Shown here one piece after another: positions 41,316-59,800 of a DNA stretch of 64,000 nucleotides (the stretch's first letter is position 1; each line of letters starts with the position of its first letter). The position numbers and the translations under genes are program-made. Source of the DNA: the human T2T-CHM13v2.0 reference genome, Homo sapiens; assembly GCF_009914755.1 (NCBI RefSeq), contig NC_060931.1; one strand, given 5' to 3'. The notes under the pieces were generated by a model. The model was not told the origin of the DNA and ran no database searches. It saw nothing but the letters and a program-made list of their open reading frames with translations.

Positions 41316-42224
41316 GGGGGGGAGGAGCCAAGATGGCCGAATAGGAACAGCTCCGGTCTACAGCTCCCAGCCTAAGCAACGCAGAAGACTGGTGATTTCT
41401 GCATTTCCATCTGAGGTACCGGATTCATCTCACTAGGGAGTGCCAGACAGTGGGCGCAGGTCAGTGGGTGCATGCACCGTGCGCGAGCCGAAGCAGGGCG
41501 AGGCATTGCCTCACTTGGGAAGCACAAGGGGTCAGGGAGTTCCCTTTCTGAGTCAAAGAAAGGGGTGACGGACGGCACCTGGAAAATCGGGTCACTCCCA
41601 CCCCAATACCGCGCTTTTCCGATGGGCTTAAAAAACGGCTCACCACGAGATTATATCCCGCACCTGGCTCGGAGGGTCCTACGCCCACGGAGTCTCGCTG
41701 ATTGCTAGCACAGCAGTCTGAGATCAAACTGCAAGGCGGCAGCGAGGCTGGGGGAGGGGCACCCGCCATTGCACAGGCTTGATTAGGTAAACAAAGCAGC
41801 CAGGAAGCTCCAACTGGGTGGAGCCCACCACAGCTCAAGGAGGCCTGCCTGCCTCTGTAGGCTCCACCTCTGGGGGCAGGGCACAGACAAACAAAAAGAC
41901 AGCAGTAACCTCCGCAGACTTAAATGTCCCTGTATGACAGCTTTGAAGAGAGCAGTGGTTCTCCCAGCATGCAGCTGGAGATCTGAGAACGGGCAGACTG
42001 CCTCCTCAAGTGGGTCCCTGACCCCTGACCCCTGAGCAGCCTAACTGGGAGGCACCCCCCAGCAGGGGCACACTGACACCTCACACGGCAGGGTATTCCA
42101 ACAGACCTGCAGCTGAGGGTCCTCTCTGTTAGAAGGAAAACTAACAAACAGAAAGGACATCCACACCAAAAACCCATCTGTACATCACCATCATCAAAGA
42201 TCAAAAGTAGATAAAACCACAAAG
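41316..42224. promoter_or_regulatory. L1 5'UTR with internal sense promoter and antisense promoter
   Basis: YY1 site AAGATGGCC at 41330-41338 intact; relatively CpG-rich; short UTR form lacking the 129-bp ZNF93-bound segment. Confidence 0.85.
41461..41769 (-). CDS. ORF0: L1 ORF0 (antisense), open, 102 aa
   Basis: MAGAPPPASLPPCSLISDCCASNQRDSVGVGPSEPG... within track ORF 41461-41838; expression not shown. Confidence 0.65.
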   Translation of the reverse strand: MAGAPPPASLPPCSLISDCCASNQRDSVGVGPSEPGAGYNLVVSRFLSPSEKRGIGVGVTRFSRCRPSPLSLTQKGNSLTPCASQVRQCLALLRLAHGACTH

Positions 42225-43242
42225 ATGGGGAAAAAACAGAACAGAAAAACTGGAAACTCTAAAACGCAGAGCGCCTCTCCTCCTCCAAAGGAACACAGTT
42301 CCTCACCAGCAACGGAACAAAGCTGGATGGAGAATGACTTTGACGAGCTGAGAGAAGAAGGCTTCAGACGGTCAAATTACTCTGAGCTACAGGAGGACAT
42401 TCAAACCAAAGGCAAAGAAGTTGAAAACTTTGAAAAAAATTTAGAAGAATGTATAACTAGAATAACCAATAGAGAGAAGTGCTTAAAGGAGCTGATGGAG
42501 CTGAAAACCAAGGCTCGAGAACTACATGAAGAATGCAGAAGCCTCAGGAGCCGATGCGATCAACTGGAAGAAAGGGTATCAGCAATGGAAGATGAAATGA
42601 ATGAAATGAAGTGAGAAGGGAAGTTTAGAGAAAAAAGAATAAAAAGAAATGAGCAAAGCCTCCAAGAAATATGGGACTATGTGAAAAGACCAAATCTACG
42701 TCTGATTGGTGTACCTGAAAGTGATGGGGAGAATGGAACCAAGTTGGAAAACACTCTGCAGGATATTATCCAGGAGAACTTCCCCAATCTAGCAAGGAAG
42801 GCCAACATTCAGATTCAGGAAATACAGAGAACGCCACAAAGATACTCCTTGAGAAGAGCAACTCCAAGACACATAATTGCCAGATTCACCAAAGTTGAAA
42901 TGAAGGAAAAAATGTTAAGGGCAGCCAGAGAGAAAGGTCGGGTTACCCTCAAAGGGAAGCCCATCAGACTAACAGCGGATCTCTCGGCAGAAACCCTACA
43001 AGCCAGAAGAGAGTGGGGGCCAATATTCAACATTCTTAAAGAAAAGAATTTTCAACCCAGAATTTCATATCCAGCCAAACTAAGCGTCATAAGTGAAGGA
43101 GAAATAAAATAGTTTACAGACAAGCAAATGCTGAGAGATTTTTGTCACCACCAGGCCTGCCTTACAAGAGCTCCTGAAGGAAGCACTAAACATGGAAAGG
43201 AACAACCGGTATCAGCTGCTGCAAAATCATGCCAAAATGTAA
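42225..43242 (+). pseudogene. ORF1: L1 ORF1p (disrupted)
   Basis: MGKKQNRKTGNSKTQSASPPPKE...; stops at 42612-42614 and 43110-43112, extra T near 43140. Confidence 0.95.
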
Positions 43243-43305
43243 AGACCATCGAGACTAGGAAGAAACTGCATCAACTAACGAGCAAAATAACCAGCTAACA
43301 TCATC

Positions 43306-47174
<3,869 letters not shown>

Positions 47175-47396
47175 ACAATGAGATCACATGGACACAGGAA
47201 GGGGAATATCACACTCTGGGGACTGTTGTGGGGTGGGGGGAGGGTGGAGGGATAGCATCGGGAGATATACCTAATGCTAGATGACGAGTTAGTGGGTGCA
47301 GCGCACCAGCATGGCACATGTATACATATGTAACTAACCTGCACGATGTGCACATGTACCCTAAAACTTAAAGTATAATTAAAAAAAAAAAAATGC

Positions 47397-47711
<315 letters not shown>

Positions 47712-48709
47712 TTATTTTCGAATTTGTACTATTTTGTTAATTTGATCATTCATGTACCAATATAATTTTAATAATGATTCAATCCAGAAGAAAATCTTAA
47801 ATGTTTTTAATCTTATTAGGAATTTTTAAAAAATTAGATTCAAACTTATGTACATATTTATGCTATAGAGTATTATAGAGTAATAAATCAAGACATTCCA
47901 GAAAAAGAACATATTACATTAGAATAAAATTCTATAAGGGAAGTGCACTGGAAGTACTAAAGGAGAAAAAAGGATCCTTTGTAATGGATTCAGTCTTCAG
48001 ATTCCCCTTGTCAGCTGAGGTGCAGAAGCACAACCACATGATTAACGCAATCAGAGATCCCCACCTTGAGTAAGCATGATCATTAATGCTTATCATGAAA
48101 GATGCTTTGCTAGGGATACAAAATGCATCACAAATTCACATCCCTTCTGCCTTCAAGGAGTTTACCCTTCCTAGTTTTGGAGAAAAGTTTAAATAATAAT
48201 ACAATTTGTGCTGGGTCTATTAAATAGTCATTAAGGTAATATTTAATGATCATGCTTAAATATGCTCTATGCCTATCATTAACTCAAAAAAGCAGGTTGC
48301 AAAACAGCTACGTATAGTACAGCCCCATCTCTGTAACGCAAGTATACACATACATGCATAGAAAGAAGACTGAAAAATATCAGCAGAATGTTGACGTTAG
48401 TTCTCTCCTGATTGAGTAGGATTACGGGCGAGCAGAATTGTTTTTTTGCTCATTTGTGACTTCTACAATAAAGATCAGGAAAAAGCTGTTGTTGTTATTT
48501 TTAATTAAAATAAAACAGCCTATGTGTGTCAGATAAGTAATGGAGTAGATGAGGGTCTCTCCACGAGGTCAGGGAGAAGAACCCATGCCAGGGGTGTTTT
48601 GGTCAGAAATGCCTTAAAAGCCAAAGTGGAACTTGACTGGGATTTAGAGGAGGAGAAAGGAAGAGATGAATATTCAAGGAGGCCAAAGGGGCAGACATAG
48701 TGCTTTTAC

Positions 48710-50560
48710 ATTTTTTTATTATGGAAAATTTTAAACATATGCAAAAGTAGACAGAATGAACTGCCATGTACAGAGCTTCAACAATTGCCAACTTTCAGTT
48801 CTTTTTTCCTCTGATCTACATGCACTCTCCCCTTCCTACCCAAATTACTTCACAACAAATCCAAGACAACATTGTTTCCTCTTAAATATTTCAGAATGTA
48901 GTTCTATAAATACCATCCGTTTTAAACCTAATCACAACACCATGGTCACACTCTCCTGGCCAAAACCAATTTCAGCACTTCCTTAATACTATTAAATATT
49001 CAGCTAATGTTTACATTTCTCTGATTGTTCTGTCAACAATGTTTTTAAATTTATTTGAGTCTGAATTTCTTCCCTCCCTCCGTCTCCCTTTTTCTCTCCC
49101 TTTCCCTCTCTTCACCTTTCTTTCTTCATAAAATTTTGTGGAAGAAGCCAAATGACTTGTCCTTTAGAGTTTCCCACAGTCAGTTTTGCTGATTGCATTC
49201 CTGTGGTGTCCTTTAACATGTTCCTCTCTCTCCCATATTTTCTACAAATTGGTATGTAGATCAAGAATTTTGATCAGATTTAGGTTTAATTTTTTTTAAG
49301 GCAAAAATATTTTGTGATGGTGATGTATATTTCTGTAGCTGTTAGTGATCATTTCCTAGATCCACTAATCCACTGAGGATTACAAAATGATTATATTCTG
49401 TCTAATTCTATCAGTTCTTTATAGTTTATTAGCTGGAACATTTCTAAACAGAAAATCTTCCCCTTATTATGTTATTTTGTTGCCCTGGGGAATCTTTTTT
49501 ATAGAAAAGACAAGATGAAGGCTTGGTTCTTTCTCTTTTCAAAATAATGAATAGTTTCCTAATATCCTCCAAAGGTGATGGATGTGTTTTGATTTATTGC
49601 AGTTATTTTTTTGACCAATGGGAGACTCTTCAAGTTTTCTTCTGACCCCTTTTGACCAGACCCTAAGAATTTCTAATAGCTTCCTTTCTTTCTGGCATGA
49701 CAAGATGTTCCAGACTCATCTAATGTTTTTCCTGCTCCAGACATGGAATCAGTCTTTTCTATCATTGTCTACAAATTGTGAGGTCACAATTTGAGTACTA
49801 AGGGTATACATTGCTACTAGGTTGATCATTGTTCCTATACCTTTTTAATAGATTATGATATGTATGTTTCTTTTTAAGATGAAACACATTATAAATTTAT
49901 ATTCATAGTTATAATTCAAATTCAAGATTATGGAGTTTTCACTTACCCTTTCTGATCTTAAAATGATACCTCTTTCTACACACTGGAAATTATGGCTAAT
50001 GGATTACTCATCTGCTTTATCCCACACTGCACACACACTAGCCTCAGAATGGCAATATGATTAATGAAAATGGGTTCAGATTTTTTCTTCCTTTTTTCTC
50101 TTTTTGCAGTTCTTTGTTTTTACTAGGGTATTCCAATGAGAAATATACTGTATAATCTAATTATTGTATAGTACCATAGTCAAATTGCTATGTTTTCAAA
50201 TCACTTGCTGTAATTATTCTCATATACCACCAATTAGATAGATAGGTTTTTTTTTCTTTTTAGGATTGCCTTTTACATTTTTTTGTTTAATAATATTGTA
50301 AAATGTATAGTTTCAAAGTCAGATTGATAAAATAAGGTTTATTCAAAGAAGTCTACCTCCACCTCTGTCTCTCCTTCTCCTTATGCAATTTTTTTTATTT
50401 TATAGCTTAATGGAAAGTAAAACATAAAATTTAAAAAAATAGGATATATATATAGAAAAGAGGGACAGGGATAGAAGGTAGACTTTATAATATAAGCAAG
50501 TACGTATCTATATTTATGAACTCCCCTCTCTTAGGTAAATGGTGATGTGCTTCTCTTTAT
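48710..50560 (-). mobile_element. Old L1 3' region (L1MC4/5 or L1ME-like)
   Basis: TTTTTATTATGGAAAATTTTAAACATATGCAAAAGTAGA; ACAAGATGTTCCAGACTCATC...GGAATCAGTC. Confidence 0.75.
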
Positions 50561-51789
50561 ACCACTATATGCACCTACCACCTGCCATGCTTCCTTTAAG
50601 GACAGCTGGAGAGAACAAAAGGAAAAAATATGAATGGAAAGCACTTTTTCTTAAAGGAAAAGCCTACACAAATATAAGAGATTCATATTAGAAAACCTAA
50701 TTTTCCAACGTGAGATTATTTGGAGACTCAGTTTTTAATTAACATTTTAACCAGATCCTATTCCTTATAAATGTTGAGGAATAAATTTTTCACCAGAGAG
50801 GGAAAGCCTGTGCTCATTACACTAGCTGAAGCAGAGCTTTCCAAGGCATATCCATTTATATGCAACAAGTAAACACCAGCTCTGAGAGTCACGTTGCAAA
50901 CTTCTAATGTTTAGTTCACTTCTAAGGGATTTAATCAACCTTCAGGATATATGATTCAAAGCTCCTAAAAAAAGTAATTAAGAAAAATCCTTTCTATGGC
51001 AAGGAAAAAAGCAGATTGTTTCCATTAATTTTATGAGTAATTTTGTTTTTGTTGGCTGAAAACTAAACCCAGGCTGGGGTGGTGCACAGTGGGAGGAAGG
51101 ACTTACTAAAACAGCACAGAGTTTGTGTGTGTCACAGACATACTTTACTACACAGTCATATAAGCACATGTGTGCACATAGACCAGCCACTGCAGCTTAG
51201 TGTTTTCAAAGCTGGTCTCTTCTCCCCTTACAAGTCAGTTTCTCCTCTCACCTTTTCTACCCTTACTTATTCATGGTCCCATTCTGCACCCAGTCACTCT
51301 AGCTCTCCTTTCATCTGCATTTCCTATCAGCTTCCAAGACTGGCAGGTCTTTGCTTTTAACAGTCTCTTGATTTCCCGCCCTTTTCTTTATTCTCTCATC
51401 TCATGCCAATATATTTCTGTAAGAGTTTCTCCAGGCTCAACCAGTCAAACAACAAACACTTACTGAATGCTTGCTATGACTACAGGCTCTCCTTCATTCC
51501 CTTCCCTTCTACATTGAATGGTGACACATAACATGTCATTCCCTTCTCTGAGATCTGAACTGACACCTTAGTTCTTTCCACCTCAAGTCTAAGCTCCTCT
51601 GTTTTAATTTCAATACCTGTTACAATCTGATTCCATCCTACTAAAATCTACCCCCAAAGTCTCAGTTTCTCTATTCACACCAGATTCTGTCTCCATGCCT
51701 TATCTATTCATTGTCTCTATACAAATTTATTGAACACCTGGCCTATGCCAAGCACAGTGCTAAGTGCCTAAAAATAAGAAATGGTTCTT

Positions 51790-52207
<418 letters not shown>

Positions 52208-53504
52208 TTAAGGTAGAAATATGTAAGAAAACAACATAATGTGGTATGATCAAGGTTTTATTTATAAAGGTTTTACAATGTGCTGGGTAAGTTCGGAGAA
52301 AGAGTGCTTGTTGATTCCACCTGAGGAGGACTAAGGAGGCAGGCTGCCTGTTTCCTTTAAAGTCCAGGAAAATTGTCCAAAGGGGACCAAGGCCCAAATG
52401 AAGGGAAAGCTGAGAGTCAAAAGCTAGTATATCTTCTTAATCAAAGACAGGAAGAAAGAGAGTCTGAGTGGGAGCATGTGAGGACAAGAGGGAGCTTCTA
52501 GAGAGTCGCTGAGAACAATATTAGAATGGGGATGGCTCCTCTTTATTAAATGGTAGGTGTTTGGTGTAAAGTTGCTGAATTGGTGGGATGAAGGCAGTAG
52601 TGGGAATTCATACACTGAAGCTGAGGACTACTGTAGCATAAGCACGGAATCAAGGTTGAAAATGGTTCTGATGGAGCAGGAAAGTTGGGGTCAGATTGAG
52701 AAGGGCTTTGATTGCCAGCCCTGTATGCAGTTGGGGGCAGGGGCCTCAGAAGGAAGATTGGCCAGGCAGTAGGGTTGGGGTCGGTCATGGGTGAGGTGAA
52801 CTCCAGATTGATTCTCCTAGCCACAAATCCTAGAGAAGAAGGGCATCAACCTAGGGGAATGGGACACCTTTTTCTAATTTGCATAAAGGCGTGCATACAT
52901 TGCGAGTGGTAGCCCCAGCTGTCATCTGTATTTTAGGAAAAGGATTCTGGCAACAAGTGTTTGTTCATGTATTCAATTACTGTTTATTGAGTATCTCGTA
53001 TGTCCCAGACATAATTCTAGACCCGGGGGACTCAGTGGTGAATAAGACACACACATTTCAACCCTGAGTTCAGAGAGAGTAAACAATGATATAGAAATAA
53101 AAGAACTATTTAGAAAACTGTTGCCCTTCCCTTGGCCTTTCTCTATCCAATTCTACTAATCCTACAAAACCCAGCTCAGTTCTAACCATCATGCCCTGCT
53201 TGGTCTATTTTTAAAACTTTGTTTAAAACTATACTTTTTTCCGGATTACAGAAGTAACACATGTTCAGTATATAAATGCAAAAACAATAGAACTACACAA
53301 TATAAAGAGGACATACCTCATAATCTCACTTACCATATAGAACTACTTTCCATTAGTACATATTCCTATAATGATTTATCTATATACCCACCAGTATATT
53401 ATTGTCATTGCCGTCATTATTACATTCATAAGCATCATTATAAAATGGGCAAGTTACTCCCAAAACTATGGGAGGCTTTTTACCTAGAGAGAGCATAGAA
53501 TTAT

Positions 53505-54345
53505 TTTATTTTTACAACTTTGTTGAGATATTACCACATCCTAAAATCTACCCTTTAAATATACTTTAAATAAATATACTTAAATATTTAAATAAATTAA
53601 AATATTTTAATTTAAATACTTTAAGTTTAAAGCAGTTCGGGGGTTTTTAGTGTATTCACAGAGTTGTGCAAACATCGCCACAATCTAATTCCAAAACATT
53701 TTCATCTACTCTAAAGAGAAGCTGCATATCCATTGGCTGTCACTTTCTATTCCCACTTCCCCCAAACCCCCACAGCCTCAGGCAACTACTCATCTACTTT
53801 CTGTTTATGTGGATTTACCAATTTTGGACACTTCATATAAATGGAATCATGCATATGTGGCCTTTTGTGACTGGCTTCTTTTAGTTAGTGTAATGGTTTC
53901 AAGGTTCATCCATCTTGTGGCATGTGTCAGCACTGTCTGCCTTCCTGTCTTCCTTCTCCCCTCCCCTCCCCTCTCCTCTCCTCCCCTCCCCTCTCCTCTC
54001 CTCCCCTCCCCTCTCCTCTCCTCTCCTCCCCTCCCCTCTCCTCTCCTCCCCTCCCCTCCCCTCTCCTCCCCTCCCCTCTCCTCTCCTCCCCTCCCCTCTC
54101 CTCTCCTCCCCTCCCCTCTCCTCTCCTCCCCTCCCCTCCCCTTCCCTCCCCTCCCCTTCGATTCCCTTCCCTAATAATATTCCATTTTATGGATATACCA
54201 CATTTTATTTATCTATTCTCTAGTTGATAGACCTCTGGTCATTTCCAATTTGGGGCTGTTATGAATAATGCTGCTATGAACATTAAAGTGGCTGCATAGT
54301 TTTACATCCCCACCAGCAACATACAAGGATCCCAACTTCTCCCCA
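53505..54345 (-). mobile_element. L1MB-type 3' fragment
   Basis: TTTAGTGTATTCACAGAGTTGTGCAA...TTCATATAAATGGAATCAT. Confidence 0.85.
53940..54171. repeat. (CTCCC/CTCTC)n homopyrimidine tract
   Basis: Directly visible; source of the Pro/Ser/Leu-rich ORFs 53809-54227. Confidence 0.97.
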
Positions 54346-55379
54346 TTATCATTGATCTTAGATAGGCCAATTGGCTCCTAATGGTTCACTTATTGTTTAT
54401 GTACAAATTACAAAAGCTTTGTCTTCCAAGTTTATGGTAAAGTTTGAAAAGCTACTTTTGAGTGAACCCTTCTCTTTGGAGAAAAATATTTATTCAGGTT
54501 AATTTTCTTCACCAGCAGGACACAGTACACTCCAGTCTTTCTCTTTCAGCGATCACATGGATCCACAATGTAGGGTTTTTTGTTTGGTTTTGTTTTTTTG
54601 TTTCATTTTTTCTTTAAATTCTGAGACAAGGAAAAAGCCTGAACTTAACATCAAGTACTGGGCTGTTGCCGACCCTATAAAATCTGTGACAATTAAAATA
54701 TTCTCTGCATGTTAGTCAGTTATACCTTTTAAGAGGAGAATATGGACATGAAATGTTATATTGGTAACAGAGCTACAATAAATCTGCAGGAAGAAATACC
54801 ACCAAAATCAGGTTAAAGGGGACCTATTAGCTCAATTAAAGCACAAGAACAGGATTAAATAAAGCAGTGGTTGAGAATAGTTAAATTATTAAAAACAGTA
54901 CGTAATTATGTGCATATCATCACATTTCTTTTAAAATATTGCTTTAATTCATTTAAACATGATAATTACTCTTTGTGCTTGTAATAAGGTATTGTTTTAT
55001 TTTAAAATATGGTTAAGTACTGATGAATACTCATCTCGTAGTTCTTTGTCATGTGCCACAATCCAAACATTGCTCTCTTTTCGTATTGCAGTCAAGACCC
55101 ATGGGAATCAGTAGACAGCTGCTACAATGTCAGCTTTAAACCAAAATTTTAGTGAGGGCATATATCATGGGGACTATGTGGGAATTTCTTAAGACAGATG
55201 GTCAGCAACTTCTTCCAAACATTTCTGAACAGAGTGTTCTTTTCACCATTAATCCCATAATTATCTTCCTTTTTATTATGAAGTATCACTTTTATTTGTT
55301 AAGAATTGTAGTAATTTTCAGATCAGGAAGAGTAAAGGAACCAATATTTATGAAGTGATCCCTGAATGCTAAGATTTGC

Positions 55380-56010
55380 TGAAGTGGCATCGTTGTCTAG
55401 GGTAAATACCCAAGGTCTGTAGTCTAGTGCCAAGAAGATTAAGGACACAGACACACACGAGGAGTGAGTTTAGGAGTGGAGGTTTAATAGGCAAAAGAAA
55501 GAGAAAGGAGAACAGCTCTCCCCCTTGCCAGAGAGAGATGGGCTCCTAAAAGGGAAAAACTGACCATACTACACCATATTTTATAGGCAGGCTTGAGGAG
55601 GCGGTGACTGATATATGTAGGGTCCACAGATTGGTTCGACCAAGTGTGACATCTACATAGTGCATGGGGAAGACTGGTCACCCCACCATAATCTTATTAT
55701 GCAAATGGAGTCTTTGCCTGGCCTGCGCCATACTGTCTTCTCCTTACAGTACGCACGGTTTAGCAAAGAGAAGGGAAGACGGAGCTGCCATTTTGAACAT
55801 GCCTAGTCCCAGGTAGCCTTTTCCTATTGGCACAACTGCCGGCATTCATCCGTGCAAGCTTCCAGCTTGCTTGTCTATGGCTGCAGCTTGATTTTACAGG
55901 CTGTTCTTTATTAGAAAAGAAAATTATTTGGGGGCTGCTTTTCATTAAAAGGAAAACCTTACCAAGGACTTCTGTACCATCGCTATCTGCCGAAGTAATT
56001 TCTTCTTCTG
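55380..56010 (-). mobile_element. ERV1 solo LTR, LTR9-like
   Basis: Minus strand AGAAGAAATTACTTCGGCAGATAG...AAGTCCTTGGTAAGGTTTTCCTTTTAATGAAAAGCAGCCCCC...ACAACGATGCCACTTCA; ~630 bp; extreme 5' end eroded. Confidence 0.8.
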
Positions 56011-57689
56011 CATGGTTACTGTGTGATTCATTTTTTTTTTAAAAAAAAGAACTTTGATTTCTTGTGATTTCCAGTAATTAAATGAAGATTTTTAGGAGTA
56101 TCATTTAAACATTCCTCAGATATGTTAACTCATACCCTTTATAACTGATCATGAACATTGTAATGAAATGCAAGTGTTTATAACCTCTCAGTGGAATTGA
56201 GGAAAGAAGTAATAGAATCTGGTGCTTATCTCCTCCCAAACTAAGCAATTGAAAGCAATATCCAGGCAAAACAGAGCCCTCAATATCAGTGGAATTCCAG
56301 AGTTGGACTGAGTTGTCAACTTTTTCCCCTGGATTCTGAGTCTACCAGTTAAGAGCTAGAAACTCAGGGCCAAAGTGTAGTATATGTGTAGATGGATGGA
56401 TGGATGGATGGATACATACATACATAACTATTTTTAAAATGTCACTACTGTGTTATGTTTAGAGTAAGAATTTCAGAATCTCTAAAGTTTTAAATAATTG
56501 CCAAGCCCAAATCGTCTGTCTTGGTGCTCATTATAGAATATGGTTATAGAGAAACTAGTCATTGGATTAAGAAAGTAATTCCATTGCCTTATTACCAATG
56601 TTATACCTCAAAATAAGGTGTGACTGTAGAGCAACAGTGTATCACTACCTTGTGTAATTGTTGATGAGTTTAGAAATAAGAAACTCAAACATAGTTTCTT
56701 TTCTGTAAAGAAGAGGATAAAATAAAATCTTTTTAGATTTGAAGTGTTCCTCTTTAGTAACAACCAAGTGCCCAAAAGCGTGTTGTTATTTTATTTTATT
56801 TCTTCAGACATGTGTCTTATGTGTTTGTAATTAACAAGATTAAGCAACATTTGACATTCATGATTATTTTCAACTTAGCATATTATCTTTTTCCTCTTCG
56901 TCATTTTACTTCATCATTAATGCTTTGAATAAATATCATTACAAAAAAATCAACAAAATAATTTAATTTGGATGTAGTGTGAAGCATGGAGCTTATTTTA
57001 CTTCTTCTTTCCTTTATGAATAATTTTATCTTAAACATAAGAATATCAAAGCATTAAATAATGCTCATCAACTAAGCCAAGTGCCCAGTAAGTCTAGCTT
57101 TTCATTACGAGTACCAAATATTACTATCTCACAAGTCCACAATTAAGGGGTCAGCAGTTCTTCATCACATTTAGTGTGTGTGTTCATTATACAAATAATA
57201 AATGCATTCATATTGTAAAGTATGCAGATAATATATAAGAATATCTAGTAAAAGTTAAAGTTCTCACCCTGCAGAAAATCTTGATCTCTTCACTATTGAT
57301 AGTTTATGTGTATCTTTTCAGATCATTTTTGATATGCATGACAATTACCACTTAAAATTTCAAAGAATGTTATTACTTGAATTTTACTCAGATTCTAATT
57401 ATATGAAATTCAGTTCACCCGATCTGAAAGTGATATTCATATGAGAATCCCAATTTTTTTTTCACCAGATATTTGGAAACTTTCCTATTGCTAGAAGAAA
57501 TAAACACAAAAGTAGAATGCTGTAAAGAGTGTCGATGTATCCAGTACTACTATTGATTTTTCAACATGAAAGCATGAATTTTCTTGTATGGCTTGTGGTA
57601 TTTTTCTCACTACCTTATCAAAAATGTTCTACTGTGTTTCAAAAACAAACCTGTCCTTCTGCCTACATAGCGTAAGAGTTAACTGCCAT

Positions 57690-57870
57690 CACAATACCAT
57701 AGAAAGAGTATGGGTTTTGGAGTAATAAAACCTGAGTGTTAGTTTCAACTTCACCCTTTAATAGCTGTGAGTCGTTAGGTAAATTATGTGTATTCTCATC
57801 ACTTTCCTCATTTCCTCATCACTGAATAAGGAATAGCAAAACTAGCCATCTCCTTAGGATTGTTTTCAAG
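57690..57870 (+). mobile_element. MIR
   Basis: AAGAGTATGGGTTTTGGAGT...TAGCTGTGAGTCGTTAGGTAAATTA. Confidence 0.7.
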
Positions 57871-57930
57871 AACAGATACATTGCAGTTTTTGTCCAAGGA
57901 CTTATGATCCAAAATAGACATGACAGACAT

Positions 57931-58259
57931 TGTATCATTCAGGATTGACTAGGTTTTGTGCTTGCTGGATATAACAGACCTTTATTTCTTACACCATATG
58001 TCCAAATGTAGACATGGAGGGGGTTCTGCTCATTGTTCACTCAGAGACACAGGCTGAGGCCTCATCTTCACAAGGTGCTTCCTCAGTCACCTTGGAAAGG
58101 GGAGGAAATGAACCAAGATAAATAGTGGCCCTTAAAGCAGCCACATGGATGCACACATTTCATTGGTCAGGACAGGTCAAATGGCTCAGGGAAGCTGGGA
58201 AAGACATTCCATTGAGGTAGAGAGCTGAAAATTAGTGAATAAAACTAATGACCACCACA
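57931..58259 (-). mobile_element. MaLR LTR (MLT1I/J-like)
   Basis: TG...CA ends; CACATTTCATTGGTCAG; GTGAATAAAACTAATGACCACCACA. Confidence 0.7.
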
Positions 58260-58317
58260 GAAGTGTTAGCAAATGTTAGAAATAATATAAAGTAGGAAAG
58301 GATGAAAAGTCATTCTT

Positions 58318-58637
58318 TGTTATTTTGTTTCTTGTTTTTGTCTGTTTTGTTTTTGAAGTCGGAGTTTCACTCTATCACCCAGGCTGGGGTGCAGTGGCAT
58401 GATCTCAGCTCACTGCAATCTCTGTGTCTCAGGTTCAAGCGATTGTCATGCCTCAGCTTCCTGAGTAGCTGTTACTACAGGCATGCACCACCATGCCTGG
58501 CTAATTTTTGTATTTTTAGTAGAGACAGGGTTTCGCCATGCCGGACAGGCTGGTCTCAAACTCCTGACCTAAAGTGATCCACCCACCTCGGCCTCCCAAA
58601 GTGCTAGGAATACAGGCGTGAGCCACCCCACCCAGCC
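58318..58637 (-). mobile_element. AluS-type
   Basis: Full dimer with degenerate T-rich tail. Confidence 0.93.
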
Positions 58638-59800
58638 TATTCTTTTCTTTGATCCCAGAGAGATCAAAAGAGACTTCCAAGGGAAGATAACAAGTCTGGG
58701 GACACAAATGGGAGACTTGGGTGGTATCAGGCATGGAGAGGAACATAGCTTGAAAACTTCAGTAAGAAGAGAAAGTGAGGGAGGGATGGCATCAAAGTGA
58801 ATGATTTGGGTCTCATACGTGTCTGACCAGAGATCAACCCCACACTTTCAGATTTGAGGAGGGTCGCAAACTTCAGCCTAAGTTTACTGATCCTCAGTGG
58901 CCCCTGTACATCATCAGATGGGGATATCTGTCCCACAAAATGACCTCAAGGCCACACGACCCCACTTTTCTGCTCAGTTCTTGATATGGCTTCTAGTGTC
59001 TGGTCTCACTGTAGCATTGTGGTGTTACTTTTGGACTTTCTACAGCTCCTGGTGCTTCTTTATCATGAAAGATCACTTACCAAACCAGAGTTAGCAACAC
59101 CACAGCTTCATACACCACTGAAACAATCACACAAAGTTTTCTGTCCCCTCAGAACCTCTAAAAAGCACTCTATTTTCTTGGTGCTTGAAAATAAAGGGAG
59201 TGAGTCTCTTTTATTATTTACAAGGAAGACATGTCAAATGAAAAAAGTTTAAATTTCATTATGCCAAGTCCAGTGTTTTTGTTAAACTTCCTTAGCTTAA
59301 TTGTAGAAAGGTTACAAGTCTACAAGATGCTTAGGATTCCATATATATATATTCACACATATATATTCATATATAATATATATGAAAATAAGTTATGTAC
59401 ATATGTATATATACATAACTTATTTTCAGAGTAGTTCTTCAAACATACCACAAACTGTGTTCAGATGGGGGGGTGGGATGTGTTTATGTTTGCGTGTATG
59501 TGAGTACACTGAGGGAAGGAAGAATAAGGAAAGGGGAAATGTGAAGCTTCAAGAAGGGGAAATGAGGAATGGTCTTCTTGCATTTGATCAGGTGGAGAAC
59601 TGTGGTCAGAAAATGTATGTATGCTTTGATTTTAAACTCTTAATGCCTTCTTCATTTGATGCTCAAGGGAAGCAATGGTACAAAATTAAGTGGTATAAAA
59701 TTAAAATTGTGTGGATCAGAGAACTGGAGCAATTCTGTGCAAATTACCTTGAACACCCAAGCCAGCAAGCAGATCAGCGGTAGGAGCAAAAACAGGCGTG

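Noticed and set aside
53809-54227. Pro/Ser/Leu-rich ORFs in three frames
   Set aside because: Translation of a stop-free pyrimidine repeat
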